From a virus, in IMG/VR virus record IMGVR_UViG_3300046532_001566, positions 1-64,000 of that record: a stretch of 64,000 nt of DNA; one strand, written 5' to 3'. The position numbers and the translations under genes are program-made. The notes beneath the pieces are model-generated. The model worked only from the letters and a program-made list of their open reading frames with translations. It was not told the origin of the DNA and searched no databases. Shown piece after piece: positions 29,043 to 38,564 of the stretch. Position 1 is the stretch's first letter; each line of letters starts with the position of its first letter.

Positions 29043-29813
29043 TTAATTATCGTTTAGATTAACCCTAAATGCTATTCTAACAGGCATCCCGTCGGAATCC
29101 GGTGCGTTCTTAAAACTTATATGATTCTGATCATGTCTATATACAATTATTCTACCAGGTTTGTGGCCAACAATCTGTTCCGGGAATCCTATGGGATAAC
29201 CACCTTTAGGATGAACTTCGCCGTCGTCTTGTTTGTCGCTATAAAAAACATATTCGGCGCCCCAACTTGGCAACCATTTTGAATTAGTAACAAACAATAC
29301 AGTTGCATAATTATTTTTATCAATATAACCAGGACCACTATCTTTATGGATATATCCAGGATTGTGATTTCTTATCTGTTGGACTCTTTTTGAACCTGAT
29401 GACTTTGCATTCATATAACATGTCCAACCTTTAATGGTATTATCATACTCGTATTTGTCAAAGAAATTCTTACCGTCACTATAAGAGGTTCGTATACTTT
29501 TAAGTCCGCCAATGTCTTCAGGTATGCCATCTATATTTGCTTTGCCTCCTAGTACTTTATCGTTTATATCTTGAAACAAATTATAAATTAATGGATGCCT
29601 AGTTTTCACCATATCAGTACTATTGCCAAACGGGTGTCGTATTATGCCTCGTTCTCCTTCTCCTAATTCAGTGTTTAAAGGATCTAGTGTAGCATCATAA
29701 TCGTTTAAATGACGTAATGCACTATACCAAGTATGATTACATGCATATTCATGAACTTCATTTTGCATTTCCTTACTAATTAATCCATCATACACATTAA
29801 TAACTTTTTCCAT
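29043..29813 (-). CDS. 2OG-Fe(II) oxygenase (prolyl-hydroxylase-like)
   Basis: YIHKD, W.PSWGAE.VFY, KPGRIIVY...H, RIAFRV. Confidence 0.8.
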   Translation of the reverse strand: MEKVINVYDGLISKEMQNEVHEYACNHTWYSALRHLNDYDATLDPLNTELGEGERGIIRHPFGNSTDMVKTRHPLIYNLFQDINDKVLGGKANIDGIPEDIGGLKSIRTSYSDGKNFFDKYEYDNTIKGWTCYMNAKSSGSKRVQQIRNHNPGYIHKDSGPGYIDKNNYATVLFVTNSKWLPSWGAEYVFYSDKQDDGEVHPKGGYPIGFPEQIVGHKPGRIIVYRHDQNHISFKNAPDSDGMPVRIAFRVNLNDN

Positions 29814-29847
29814 ATTTTTGTATCTCCTTAATTAATACATAGTAATT

Positions 29848-30109
29848 AAATGGCACTTCTGTTTCTAGGCAGTTCCCGCCCAGAGCAATTATGCCGCTAG
29901 GGCAAAATCCTCAGATGCAAAATTATCGTTTGCAATTATCGTTTTGTTCGCGTTAACCGAGCTTACATCCGGACAACTCCACATTCCTACTACTTGCCAG
30001 TCGATCCTATTTCGCCCCCATCATAAGCACTCTCAGTAAAAGTGTTTATGGTGGAGGCGCTGGGTACTGCCCCCAGGTCCTGTGCAACGTTTGTTATGCT
30101 TCAACATTG
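29848..30109 (-). ncRNA. ssrA: Circularly permuted two-piece tmRNA (alphaproteobacterial type)
   Basis: Acceptor piece ending GACCTGGGGGCAGTACCCAGCGCCTCCACCA (CCA at 30049), 29-nt intervening segment, coding piece starting GGGGGCGAAATAGGATCGAC at 30019, tag ANDNFASEDFALAA* at 29933-29889; outer ends approximate. Confidence 0.93.
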
Positions 30110-30181
30110 TATACTATTTATAGCACTATACTGCCTTAGAGTCAACCTTTATTTCTTCTTTTACGTCCGGAAATACTGGTC

Positions 30182-30210
30182 AAAAGAAAAGACGCACTAG
30201 GCGCCTTTTC
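30182..30210 (-). terminator. Intrinsic terminator
   Basis: GAAAAGGCGC-ctagt-GCGTCTTTTCTTTT. Confidence 0.7.
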
Positions 30211-30231
30211 AATATTAGTTGTAAAAAGAAT

Positions 30232-31170
30232 TTACTTAAGATCTTGGATCTTTTTAACTGTTCCCATTAGCTCAGGAAACATGTCATATACATGTGCTGT
30301 AGCTTCTTTGAAACGAGCTCTTTCTTCTTGTGACATTCTACGAACTTCAATGCCATCGCTTTCAGCTTTAGCTTGTGTAAGTGCAACGTCTTCAATACTA
30401 ATTACACGTTCGTAATTAGCGGCTACTTTAGCGGCGTCTGCAACAATACCTTGTAGTTCTTCACCTAAATCTGCCCAAAAGTCCTGGTTGATTAAGATGC
30501 TTGTTAGGAACAATGAGTGTTCTGTGTGGTTAATAACCTTAGAAACTTTGTCCTGTCCTAGAGCATAGATACGTGGGTAAGTAGACTCACCTACTTGAAT
30601 ATCTTTGTCTTGGATTGCGTCTGTCATTTCTTCAAGTTCCATAGGAACTACGTCTGCACCAACTGCTTTGAAAGTCTCAATAGCAACAGGTGAGAATGAA
30701 GTACGAAGTTTTAGACCTCTTAGATCTTCAATTCTTGAAACTTCTTCTTGTCCTGGAATAATTCTAAATCCACCGGAATATGTAAAGGCAAGACCTTTAA
30801 CTCCAGCTGACTGAGAAAGTCCTGCTAGTAGTGATTCACCAATTGGGCCTTCGAACACTCTAGTTGCGTGGTCATGAGACTCAAATAGGAATGGCATATC
30901 TAATGCACGGAATTCGTGATCATATTCGCCAATATCTACTGTGTAAGTTTGTGACATTTCAATGTCACCTCTGTTAATCATATCAACAAGTTCGTGCTTA
31001 GTAACAACGATACCGTTATTATACTTTGCAGAATACTCATTCATTGTCATAACTTCAATATCTAAAGCTCCGTTTGCTCTTGCATTAACTTCAGATGCAA
31101 AAACTTTTGCGGCTCTTAAAAACAATTCGATAGGCTCGTGTGCGAGTACCCATTTAATATTCTTTGTCAT
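30232..31170 (-). CDS. TRAP (DctP-family) solute-binding-fold protein without signal peptide
   Basis: LDMPFLF, GFRII, DLRGLKLRT, THSLF-like motif; start MTKNIKWV with SD GGAG. Confidence 0.85.
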   Translation of the reverse strand: MTKNIKWVLAHEPIELFLRAAKVFASEVNARANGALDIEVMTMNEYSAKYNNGIVVTKHELVDMINRGDIEMSQTYTVDIGEYDHEFRALDMPFLFESHDHATRVFEGPIGESLLAGLSQSAGVKGLAFTYSGGFRIIPGQEEVSRIEDLRGLKLRTSFSPVAIETFKAVGADVVPMELEEMTDAIQDKDIQVGESTYPRIYALGQDKVSKVINHTEHSLFLTSILINQDFWADLGEELQGIVADAAKVAANYERVISIEDVALTQAKAESDGIEVRRMSQEERARFKEATAHVYDMFPELMGTVKKIQDLK

Positions 31171-31310
31171 TATAGACTCCTTTTTCTTAAGAAAAACAAT
31201 TCTGCTACTGCAAAATTGTAGAAAGTTTTCAGCTTTTTCCGATAAGGTATTAGACTGAATTCTATCCAAGTGTATTTATGCATTTATGACAAATATAGAA
31301 ATAATAGCCA

Positions 31311-31341
31311 AAAAAATAGGATGCATAAGCACCCTATTTTT
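31311..31341. terminator. Intrinsic terminator
   Basis: AAAAATAGGATGC-ataa-GCACCCTATTTTT. Confidence 0.65.
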
Positions 31342-31361
31342 AACGTTATATGCTTTTAAAC

Positions 31362-32456
31362 TTACTTTTTCTTCCAGTAGTAGTCTGCGGCATAGTTATA
31401 AGGCGTAAATGCTACGTTCTTAAATGGAACTACTTTCCTTGCCCATGCTTTCTGAGAAGCAAGTACTTTTGCAAAATAAGGATCCTTAGCGGCATTTTCT
31501 GCTAACATGATATCAATAGTTTCTAACTCAGCAACCAGAATATCTGCTGGAGTTTTCATAACTCTAATTCCATGCTCTTTAATCATTCTAGCAAGTGCTT
31601 GACCATTCTTTGCTTGAATGTCAGTTAACCACCATAGATATGATTCATAAGAGGCAGAACGAATTGCTGTCTGCTGTTGCTTACTCATTGAACGCCATAC
31701 TTTACCATTAAGTAGTAAATCACCAGTATTTGAGTGCTCATGCAATGAATTCAAGTAGTAGTATTTCCATACTGTAGGAAATCCAAGACGTTCGTCTTCG
31801 AGACCGCCAACAAATTCAGCACAATTAATAACTCCTTTTGCGGCCGCTGCCATGATCTCACCACCTGGCATACCGATAGTCTGCATACCCATTCTAGCAT
31901 ATAATTCTACGTTGGCGCCAGTTTGACGACATTTAAAATTCTTAAGATCTGCTAGATTCTTAATTGGTCGATGGAACCAACCTAATGGCTGATTCTGTGC
32001 TGGCATAACTGGAAAAGGAACAACATCTAATTTAAGTTCATTCTTATAGAAGTCGTTATACAATTCAAGTCCACCACCGTGGAACATCCAACCTAGGAAG
32101 TCGATCCCGTCCATACCGTAAGGTCCACCTAAAGGACTATTAAATAGTGCAAGAGTCTTTGACTTTCCGACCCAGTAATAAGATTGCGTCCATGCACCAT
32201 CTACTGCACCTGACGCTGTAGCATCTAGCACCTTAAAAGAAGGAACTAATGCACCAGACGGTCTGATTTTCATATCAATTTTTCCGTCTGTTAAAATTTT
32301 AACTCTGTCTGCGAGAAAGTTTGCTTGCTCGTTAAAAGTTGAGATTGCTCCAAAACTAGATGCAATCTGTAGTTCTTTGGCATTAACTGTTGCTACTGAA
32401 GCAAACATGCCAAATGACATTGCGGTAGCTAATACCGCTCCGATGAAACGTTTCAT
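31362..32456 (-). CDS. dctP: TRAP periplasmic binding protein, TakP/FcbT1-like
   Basis: Signal peptide MKRFIG...VNA; GALVP..VLDA...G.VD, YYWVGK, GWF..PI..L.DL...K.R, AEFVG. Confidence 0.9.
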   Translation of the reverse strand: MKRFIGAVLATAMSFGMFASVATVNAKELQIASSFGAISTFNEQANFLADRVKILTDGKIDMKIRPSGALVPSFKVLDATASGAVDGAWTQSYYWVGKSKTLALFNSPLGGPYGMDGIDFLGWMFHGGGLELYNDFYKNELKLDVVPFPVMPAQNQPLGWFHRPIKNLADLKNFKCRQTGANVELYARMGMQTIGMPGGEIMAAAAKGVINCAEFVGGLEDERLGFPTVWKYYYLNSLHEHSNTGDLLLNGKVWRSMSKQQQTAIRSASYESYLWWLTDIQAKNGQALARMIKEHGIRVMKTPADILVAELETIDIMLAENAAKDPYFAKVLASQKAWARKVVPFKNVAFTPYNYAADYYWKKK

Positions 32457-32475
32457 ATTTTTATTCTCCAAAATA

Positions 32476-33870
32476 TTATTGTCCAAGGACACCCAAAAAG
32501 TCAACTTCTTGGCCTTTGACATCATCACCTAGTACTTCTTGTACTACGTTTTTTCTTTGCTCTGCTAGGTAATTAGGTAACCACGTTGCAAGGCCAGGCG
32601 TAATAAACAATATTACTACACAAATAACCTGAATATACATAAACGGCATCATTGCTTTGAATATTAATTTAAGGTCCCACGAAGGCACCACCTGTTTTAG
32701 ATAGTATCCAGTTAAAGCCACTGGAGGTGTTAGATATGCTGTTTGTAAAATAACACCCAAGGCGGCCGCAAACCAAATTAGATCAACTCCAGTATCAATT
32801 AATACTGGTAAGAATATTGGTAAGAACACTAGTACTACCACTGGCCACTCAAAGGGCCAGCCTAAAATATGACATAACACTAATATAGCTCCAACTACTG
32901 CCCATCCGGGTATGGGCAAAGAAGTTAACACTGATACAATGATTTTGTCACCACCCAAGGAAGCAAATACAGCACCAAAGATTGTTGATGTAATTGCTAA
33001 TAACATTACCACAGCCGAAGTATTGGTTGTTTTTAATAATGCTTCTTGAATATTTGTTAAAGTTAATTTTCTGTTAATGGCGGCTAAACATAAGGCGCCA
33101 AACGCACCAAACGCACCAGCTTCTGTGCTAGTTGCTAGTCCAAATAACATTGATCCTAATGTAATAAGAATCAATGATGCCAATGGTACAACATGCCATA
33201 ACAATAACATAATTAACTTAAAATCTATTTCTACTCTTTCTTCTAGAGGTACCATAGGTGCTACCCCTGGTTTTGTTTTTATAAGGAATACAACGTATAC
33301 TAGATACATAAATGCAATTAGTAATCCTGGACCTATTGCGGCCGCATACACATCAATAATATTAAGATTCATTGTGGGCGCCATTACAATAAGCGGAATG
33401 GATGGAGGAATCATAATAAGAGATCCACCTCCTGCAATTACTCCTGCTGATAGTTTAGCATCATACCCTTGTTTAATCATACTTGGAGCGGCCATAATGC
33501 CCAATAACGTTACTGATGCTCCGACTACTCCTGTTGCTAAACTGATCAATACTGCAATACAGATAACAACAATGTATAAGTTGCCTGGAACACCAGACAA
33601 TACCTTCTTTAAACTCTCAAATAAATTCTCTACCAGTCCGGCTCGTTCAGCAACGTAACCCATAAGGATAAACATAGGAATACTCATTAGCACTTCGTCT
33701 GAAAGTCCTCCTAATAGATTGAGATATGTAAGATCAAAAACACTTAATCCTAATCCCATCAATCCAAAAATTAATGCTAGAAATGTTAGTGTAAAACTAA
33801 CTGGAACTCCAACAAAGATGCCAGCAATCATTGTAAATAACATTGTCATTGCTAGCCATTCATTACTCAT
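32476..33870 (-). CDS. dctM: TRAP large permease
   Basis: G.PVSF.L, IPMFILMG, ATGVVGASV, IPPSIPLI, YLTPPVA. Confidence 0.93.
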   Translation of the reverse strand: MSNEWLAMTMLFTMIAGIFVGVPVSFTLTFLALIFGLMGLGLSVFDLTYLNLLGGLSDEVLMSIPMFILMGYVAERAGLVENLFESLKKVLSGVPGNLYIVVICIAVLISLATGVVGASVTLLGIMAAPSMIKQGYDAKLSAGVIAGGGSLIMIPPSIPLIVMAPTMNLNIIDVYAAAIGPGLLIAFMYLVYVVFLIKTKPGVAPMVPLEERVEIDFKLIMLLLWHVVPLASLILITLGSMLFGLATSTEAGAFGAFGALCLAAINRKLTLTNIQEALLKTTNTSAVVMLLAITSTIFGAVFASLGGDKIIVSVLTSLPIPGWAVVGAILVLCHILGWPFEWPVVVLVFLPIFLPVLIDTGVDLIWFAAALGVILQTAYLTPPVALTGYYLKQVVPSWDLKLIFKAMMPFMYIQVICVVILFITPGLATWLPNYLAEQRKNVVQEVLGDDVKGQEVDFLGVLGQ

Positions 33871-34360
33871 TATTGAAAATCCTTCTATAACATTTAATCA
33901 TCTGACTCAAGGCTTGTATCATTAGAAGTACTAAGCCAAGTGTAATGCCAATCTTCATTGGCCATATAACAAGCTGAGCCATTGTTTCAGAACTACGTTC
34001 GTTCATTTCAATAGCGGCATATGTGTCGTTAAAACTAATGTATGTGATAAGTGCAAAGGAAGGGAAGAATAATAAGATATAACTTATAAAGTCAATAATT
34101 GCTTTTGTACGATCTTTATAGTTGCTCCAGAATAAATCTGTTCTAATATGTGCTTCTTTGCCTAGAGAATAACTGCAACCAAACATAATAAGCATACCGT
34201 ATAGTTGCCAGGTTGTATCGACTACAAAATCATTACGAATGTCAAAGTAATACCTTCCTAGTACGTTAGTTACTACGAAAAGTACCATTAGTAATGCAAA
34301 CCACGAATAGAATTTCGCAAATCTGCTTACAATATTGTCAATAAATTGTGTTACTTCCAT
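33863..34360 (-). CDS. dctQ: TRAP small permease
   Basis: Four TM, V.GRYYF, HIRTD motif. Confidence 0.9.
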   Translation of the reverse strand: MEVTQFIDNIVSRFAKFYSWFALLMVLFVVTNVLGRYYFDIRNDFVVDTTWQLYGMLIMFGCSYSLGKEAHIRTDLFWSNYKDRTKAIIDFISYILLFFPSFALITYISFNDTYAAIEMNERSSETMAQLVIWPMKIGITLGLVLLMIQALSQMIKCYRRIFNNE

Positions 34361-34497
34361 CGACCAACTCTTTTAACCGTTTTGCTTTCTATAAGCAAAG
34401 TTTGTTATTATGTTTGATTGTTCAAAACAATCAAACTGATACATCATAACATTAGTTATATGCTATTTATACTGGCTATTAGCCATTGTAAATAAAT

Positions 34498-34719
34498 TTA
34501 CTCTGATTCTATAAGAGTTATGTTGGCGGCTTGACGACCTTTATCACCTTGAACTACTTCAAATGATACTGCTTGGCCTTCTTTAAGAGATTTAAAACCA
34601 TCAGAGTTGATTGCTGAATAATGAGCGAAAACGTCATCTGATCCATCGTCAGGTTTAATAAAACCCCAACCCTTTGCGTCTTGAAACCATTTTACTTTAC
34701 CTGTTACTTGTTCTGCCAT
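34498..34719 (-). CDS. cspA: Cold-shock protein
   Basis: [36 protein letters not shown]. Confidence 0.93.
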   Translation of the reverse strand: MAEQVTGKVKWFQDAKGWGFIKPDDGSDDVFAHYSAINSDGFKSLKEGQAVSFEVVQGDKGRQAANITLIESE

Positions 34720-34786
34720 GTGTGTACTTCTTCCATTAATGTTGTAATGTGTTGTTATACACATTAACTTTATTTATCAAACTAAT

Positions 34787-34833
34787 AGGCTAGACAGGGT
34801 ATTAGAATCATTCTAAATTGCCCCATCTAGCCC
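34787..34833 (-). terminator. Long hairpin/terminator after second signal-less SBP
   Basis: GGGCTAGATGGG...CCCTGTCTAGCCT with inner TTAGAA/TTCTAA stem. Confidence 0.5.
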
Positions 34834-34845
34834 TGTTTTTATTAC

Positions 34846-35952
34846 CTACGCCGCTTGTATTTGCTCAACGAGGTTTTTACGTTTGTTATAAACATCAACT
34901 GACTGCTCACCTTGATGAACAAAGTTTGCATCTTCAGCTTCTTCTCTAGTTGCGAATGTTGTTGAATAAAACTGTTCATATGATCTATGAGCATTATTAG
35001 CAAGTATATCAGTTTCTTCTTGAGTAATTTCTCTTATCTGAACTCCATTTGCAACTGCGTCTCTCTCATATTTTTCACAGTCTTCAAGTGACCATTTTCT
35101 TTCAATTTTAGACACTGCATAGGCTGATTCTTTAAAAGCTTCTTGTTGTTCTAATGTTAACTTATCAAATAATTTTGATCCTGCTAAAATACTAGTTAAG
35201 AACATAGAATGATTTGTCTTCAAAATATGTGTTCCTTTGAATCTTAGATAAGTTGTCTCAATAGCAGATTTAACACCTTTAGCAAAATCTTTCATTTCCT
35301 GAACATCTAATGCTTTCCTTGGAAACGCCTTAGCTTTAATATCTGGACTATTAAACATTGCAGTTGTAGTTGGAACAGTTTGCATTGTTGTATCTTTTAA
35401 TTCAAGAACACTTGCAATGTCATGATTAGAACCAACAATTCTAAAACCACCAGAGTAAGTAAATCCTAAAGATTTAACACCAGTTGCAGTTTCTAGCATT
35501 CCACGAAGGTTTTCACCAATTGAACCATCTAACGCCCTGGTTACATGATCATGATCCTTAAACAAGAAAGGAAGATCTAATGTTTCAAAAGGCTTGAATA
35601 GGAATGATCCTATTACTGTAGCTTGTGTCTGACTAATATCAATGCGGCCATCTTTTATTGCGGTAAACAGTGATTTCCACTTTTTGTCGATTTCTTGTAC
35701 GGCGACTGGTGTAAAAGTGTTATCTGAATCTTTGCTTTCCCAATCTTTTTCTAAACCTTCCATTGACGCAGGTTTGTTATTTAATTCCGGAATTTCGTTG
35801 TATTTTGCAATATATGTTTTCATATCTAGAATTTCAATGTCAAATTCTCCAGGACATCTTTTTTCTAACTCATCACGGAATGCTTTCGCAGTACGGACAA
35901 ATAGATATTGTGGCTGGTGTGCAATGAGCCACTTTAATTTAATAGGTTCCAT
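34846..35952 (-). CDS. Second TRAP solute-binding-fold protein without signal peptide
   Basis: KWLIAHQP, LDLPFLFKDHDH, FTYSGGFRI, ETTY.R, HSMFLTSIL. Confidence 0.8.
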   Translation of the reverse strand: MEPIKLKWLIAHQPQYLFVRTAKAFRDELEKRCPGEFDIEILDMKTYIAKYNEIPELNNKPASMEGLEKDWESKDSDNTFTPVAVQEIDKKWKSLFTAIKDGRIDISQTQATVIGSFLFKPFETLDLPFLFKDHDHVTRALDGSIGENLRGMLETATGVKSLGFTYSGGFRIVGSNHDIASVLELKDTTMQTVPTTTAMFNSPDIKAKAFPRKALDVQEMKDFAKGVKSAIETTYLRFKGTHILKTNHSMFLTSILAGSKLFDKLTLEQQEAFKESAYAVSKIERKWSLEDCEKYERDAVANGVQIREITQEETDILANNAHRSYEQFYSTTFATREEAEDANFVHQGEQSVDVYNKRKNLVEQIQAA

Positions 35953-36006
35953 CTGGGGGTTAATACCTTTCAGTTTATAACATGCTCGAGCATTTATTAA
36001 CGTTAT

Positions 36007-36333
36007 TTACCTAATTGGTACAAGAACACTTATATTACAACCACAGTAAGAATCATATGCAGATACTCTCTTATATCCGTAAGGCGCATTATCTATAATA
36101 ATTGGTTGGTTATATGTTGGTGCTGATTCGTCTGCGTAATACCAATCCCAGTATTCGCGATCTCTTTGAGCATAATACCGATTATAATAAGGATTGTTAC
36201 TATTATACCCGTTAGTGTCCCAGGTATCATTGCTATTATGATAATGTTTGTACGAATATTCGTGTGCATTAACTGTCGATGAAGCAATTATTAAGCCAAA
36301 AGCAATTAACGCACCAGTTATAAGTTTAATCAT
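36007..36333 (-). CDS. Exported Tyr/Asn/His-rich small protein
   Basis: Signal peptide ..VNA; SD AAGGA; sigma70-like promoter 36368-36396. Confidence 0.6.
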   Translation of the reverse strand: MIKLITGALIAFGLIIASSTVNAHEYSYKHYHNSNDTWDTNGYNSNNPYYNRYYAQRDREYWDWYYADESAPTYNQPIIIDNAPYGYKRVSAYDSYCGCNISVLVPIR

Positions 36334-36404
36334 TATATCATCCTTTGAGTTAAGTAGCATTATGTATAATATAGCACCCTTATGCCAATAAGTCAACCTC
36401 TTTT

Positions 36405-38267
36405 TTAAGTTATTTTTATTAAACCGTAAATACTTCCATCTTCATTGCTGTATGTTAGGTAATCAGGGAACGTATCATCTACTTCAATAAGCATATTTTC
36501 ACCGTTTATTAAGTTAGCAATAGCACGTTTCCAGGTCTTAATAAGGATAGGAGTTCCTCCTGTTAGGCTATCGTATACTGTTGAACCGTCTTCTACCCAT
36601 ATCTCTCCTGGTTCGTCTGGTAACGGACTTTGAATTAAATTACTTTTAATTAATCTACCTTCAGCATCAATTATCTTGTTTATATCATTTGGATCTGGGA
36701 TAAAATCAGGAATAAATGCCTGTGCCCATGTTAAAAAATCTTCATTACGTCCATTAGCTTCATCTAAGAACTCAGAGAATTCAAAACGAACCAGCCCATT
36801 TGACCACCTTTTAGTTATGTCTGGTACTCTATTACTGTTACTGTCTAATTTGGCTTCGTATATGAAAAATTCCTGTCCAGGCGGTAAATTATACAAAATT
36901 CTGCTTCGTACGGCTGTTAAACCGTTATCTTTATAGCCATAATTGCTAATTTCCAAACTATTGACATTTGGGTTACTTGGTGGCAAACTTATTAGGTGTG
37001 TTTTACCTCTAAAAATTTCTATTTCAGGATTTAAAGATAATGCTGGAGTTAGTACTTTGCAATCAAACTCATCAAGTACCAATGTTTCTTCTGTAACTCC
37101 GGTAACCGCCCAACCAACCCTGTTTTGAGCTGGTGCATCAATCCATAATAGATTATAACTGGTATCTGTTTGAGTTAGATCTGCATCTGTTATGTCAGGT
37201 AACCCGGCACTTTCAATATCACCTGTAATTGCTGTGGTTACTTGACCTGTAACCCTGCCACAATAATCATACACATCTTCTGTTTGACCTACAAACGGAT
37301 CATCATTATTTAAAGCATCTAATGCTAATGCATATACTTCTGGACCTAATGTCCTAGCCCATAAATTCTTGTCACTGTTAATTGGATAACTTGCACTGTT
37401 AGCAACGTTTGCAACTAACGTCTGTGCTTGCTTTGTAGCATCAGTTAGGTTTGGTGTTTTAGCAGGAGGAAAGGAGCTTGCCGCTAGTTCAAACTCTGGC
37501 CCACTAGTTGATGTTAATCCAGCAACTGCGGCAATATCTGCATCTGATGGTCTTGGACCTATTGTTATAGCAGGAGCACCAGCAACAACCGGGGCACCTG
37601 TTAATAAATTATGCTTATGTCTAAAGTCAGGAAATAATTCCTTTGCCCTTGCTTGTTTAATACTTGTAGCAATTCCACCAATCTCATTTTTAAATCCAGA
37701 AGTTAGACTTGCTGGAATTGATGTACCAGCTGATAATGCATTCTGTGATGCTTTCCTAATATTATCAAGTATACTACCTGGGTTAAAAGATCCAGTATTG
37801 ATTTTCCCACTAGCATCAATACAGATTTTAGGTTTTAGCAATGGTCCAAATGCACTTAGTACACCTTGTAAGTTGTTAAAAACATTGTCAGTAACCTGAT
37901 CTAAAATGTCTCCGTTAATATTTGGAATTTTAATAGGAACTGGACATAGTCCTCCTAAACTCAACAAATAACGTACTTCTCCTAATGCATTATTAATCCT
38001 ATCTGTAATGTCAGATACTCCAAGGTGATCGTTAAATGCTTTAACTTCATCTTGCAGTAATCTTAATTCGTCTTTAATATCATATAGATTTGCATATCCA
38101 GCATCTTCTAGCATTTCATTAATGTTTGCTTCAATGCATATCAAGTTTCCTTTTAAAAGGTTACCAAGGCCGCCAAATAGTACTGCACAAATAATATCTT
38201 TAATAGACTTATTAAGTATGCCGCCTGTTTGCACTTTAATTCCTGGTATTACTGGGATAGAAACCAT
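36405..38267 (-). CDS. Putative baseplate/tail structural protein
   Basis: Immediately downstream of PAAR gene; NPEIEIFRG...PDYLTY...GLIKI resembles tail-protein cupredoxin-like module. Confidence 0.5.
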   Translation of the reverse strand: MVSIPVIPGIKVQTGGILNKSIKDIICAVLFGGLGNLLKGNLICIEANINEMLEDAGYANLYDIKDELRLLQDEVKAFNDHLGVSDITDRINNALGEVRYLLSLGGLCPVPIKIPNINGDILDQVTDNVFNNLQGVLSAFGPLLKPKICIDASGKINTGSFNPGSILDNIRKASQNALSAGTSIPASLTSGFKNEIGGIATSIKQARAKELFPDFRHKHNLLTGAPVVAGAPAITIGPRPSDADIAAVAGLTSTSGPEFELAASSFPPAKTPNLTDATKQAQTLVANVANSASYPINSDKNLWARTLGPEVYALALDALNNDDPFVGQTEDVYDYCGRVTGQVTTAITGDIESAGLPDITDADLTQTDTSYNLLWIDAPAQNRVGWAVTGVTEETLVLDEFDCKVLTPALSLNPEIEIFRGKTHLISLPPSNPNVNSLEISNYGYKDNGLTAVRSRILYNLPPGQEFFIYEAKLDSNSNRVPDITKRWSNGLVRFEFSEFLDEANGRNEDFLTWAQAFIPDFIPDPNDINKIIDAEGRLIKSNLIQSPLPDEPGEIWVEDGSTVYDSLTGGTPILIKTWKRAIANLINGENMLIEVDDTFPDYLTYSNEDGSIYGLIKIT

Positions 38268-38268
38268 A

Positions 38269-38553
38269 TCAGCTACCTACAAACACGTTAGGAGAACCCG
38301 ATGATGTACTTGGCTCACAGTGAGGTGGTATTGGACAAATTTTATCAGGATTTGCAGAGTCACCATTTTCAACAATTAATTCATTTTCTACATAAACATT
38401 TTTTGTGCTTGCAATAATATTGCCGGCGCCGTGATTATTTGGATCCTTATCAACACTTGCTAATAAGTTATTAACAAACACTGTCGAATTACCAGCAACT
38501 ACTGTTGCCGCACCGCATATCCTTGAATCAGTATCTCTGTGAACTTCTGTCAT
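38269..38553 (-). CDS. PAAR-like spike tip protein (gp5.4-like)
   Basis: HRDTD..CG, TVFVN, GSPNVFVG, His/Cys ligands. Confidence 0.8.
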   Translation of the reverse strand: MTEVHRDTDSRICGAATVVAGNSTVFVNNLLASVDKDPNNHGAGNIIASTKNVYVENELIVENGDSANPDKICPIPPHCEPSTSSGSPNVFVGS

Positions 38554-38564
38554 ACAAGTATTTA

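Noticed and set aside
31171-31269. Upstream extension as a signal peptide for the first DctP-like protein
   Set aside because: No hydrophobic core or twin-Arg; strong SD precedes 31170
12538-35952. Window being a cellular chromosome (porin, TRAP, cspA, tmRNA)
   Set aside because: These genes share phage promoter motifs and composition and are contiguous with UvsX/UvsY/UvsW, gp41-like helicase and PAAR; no cellular housekeeping operons
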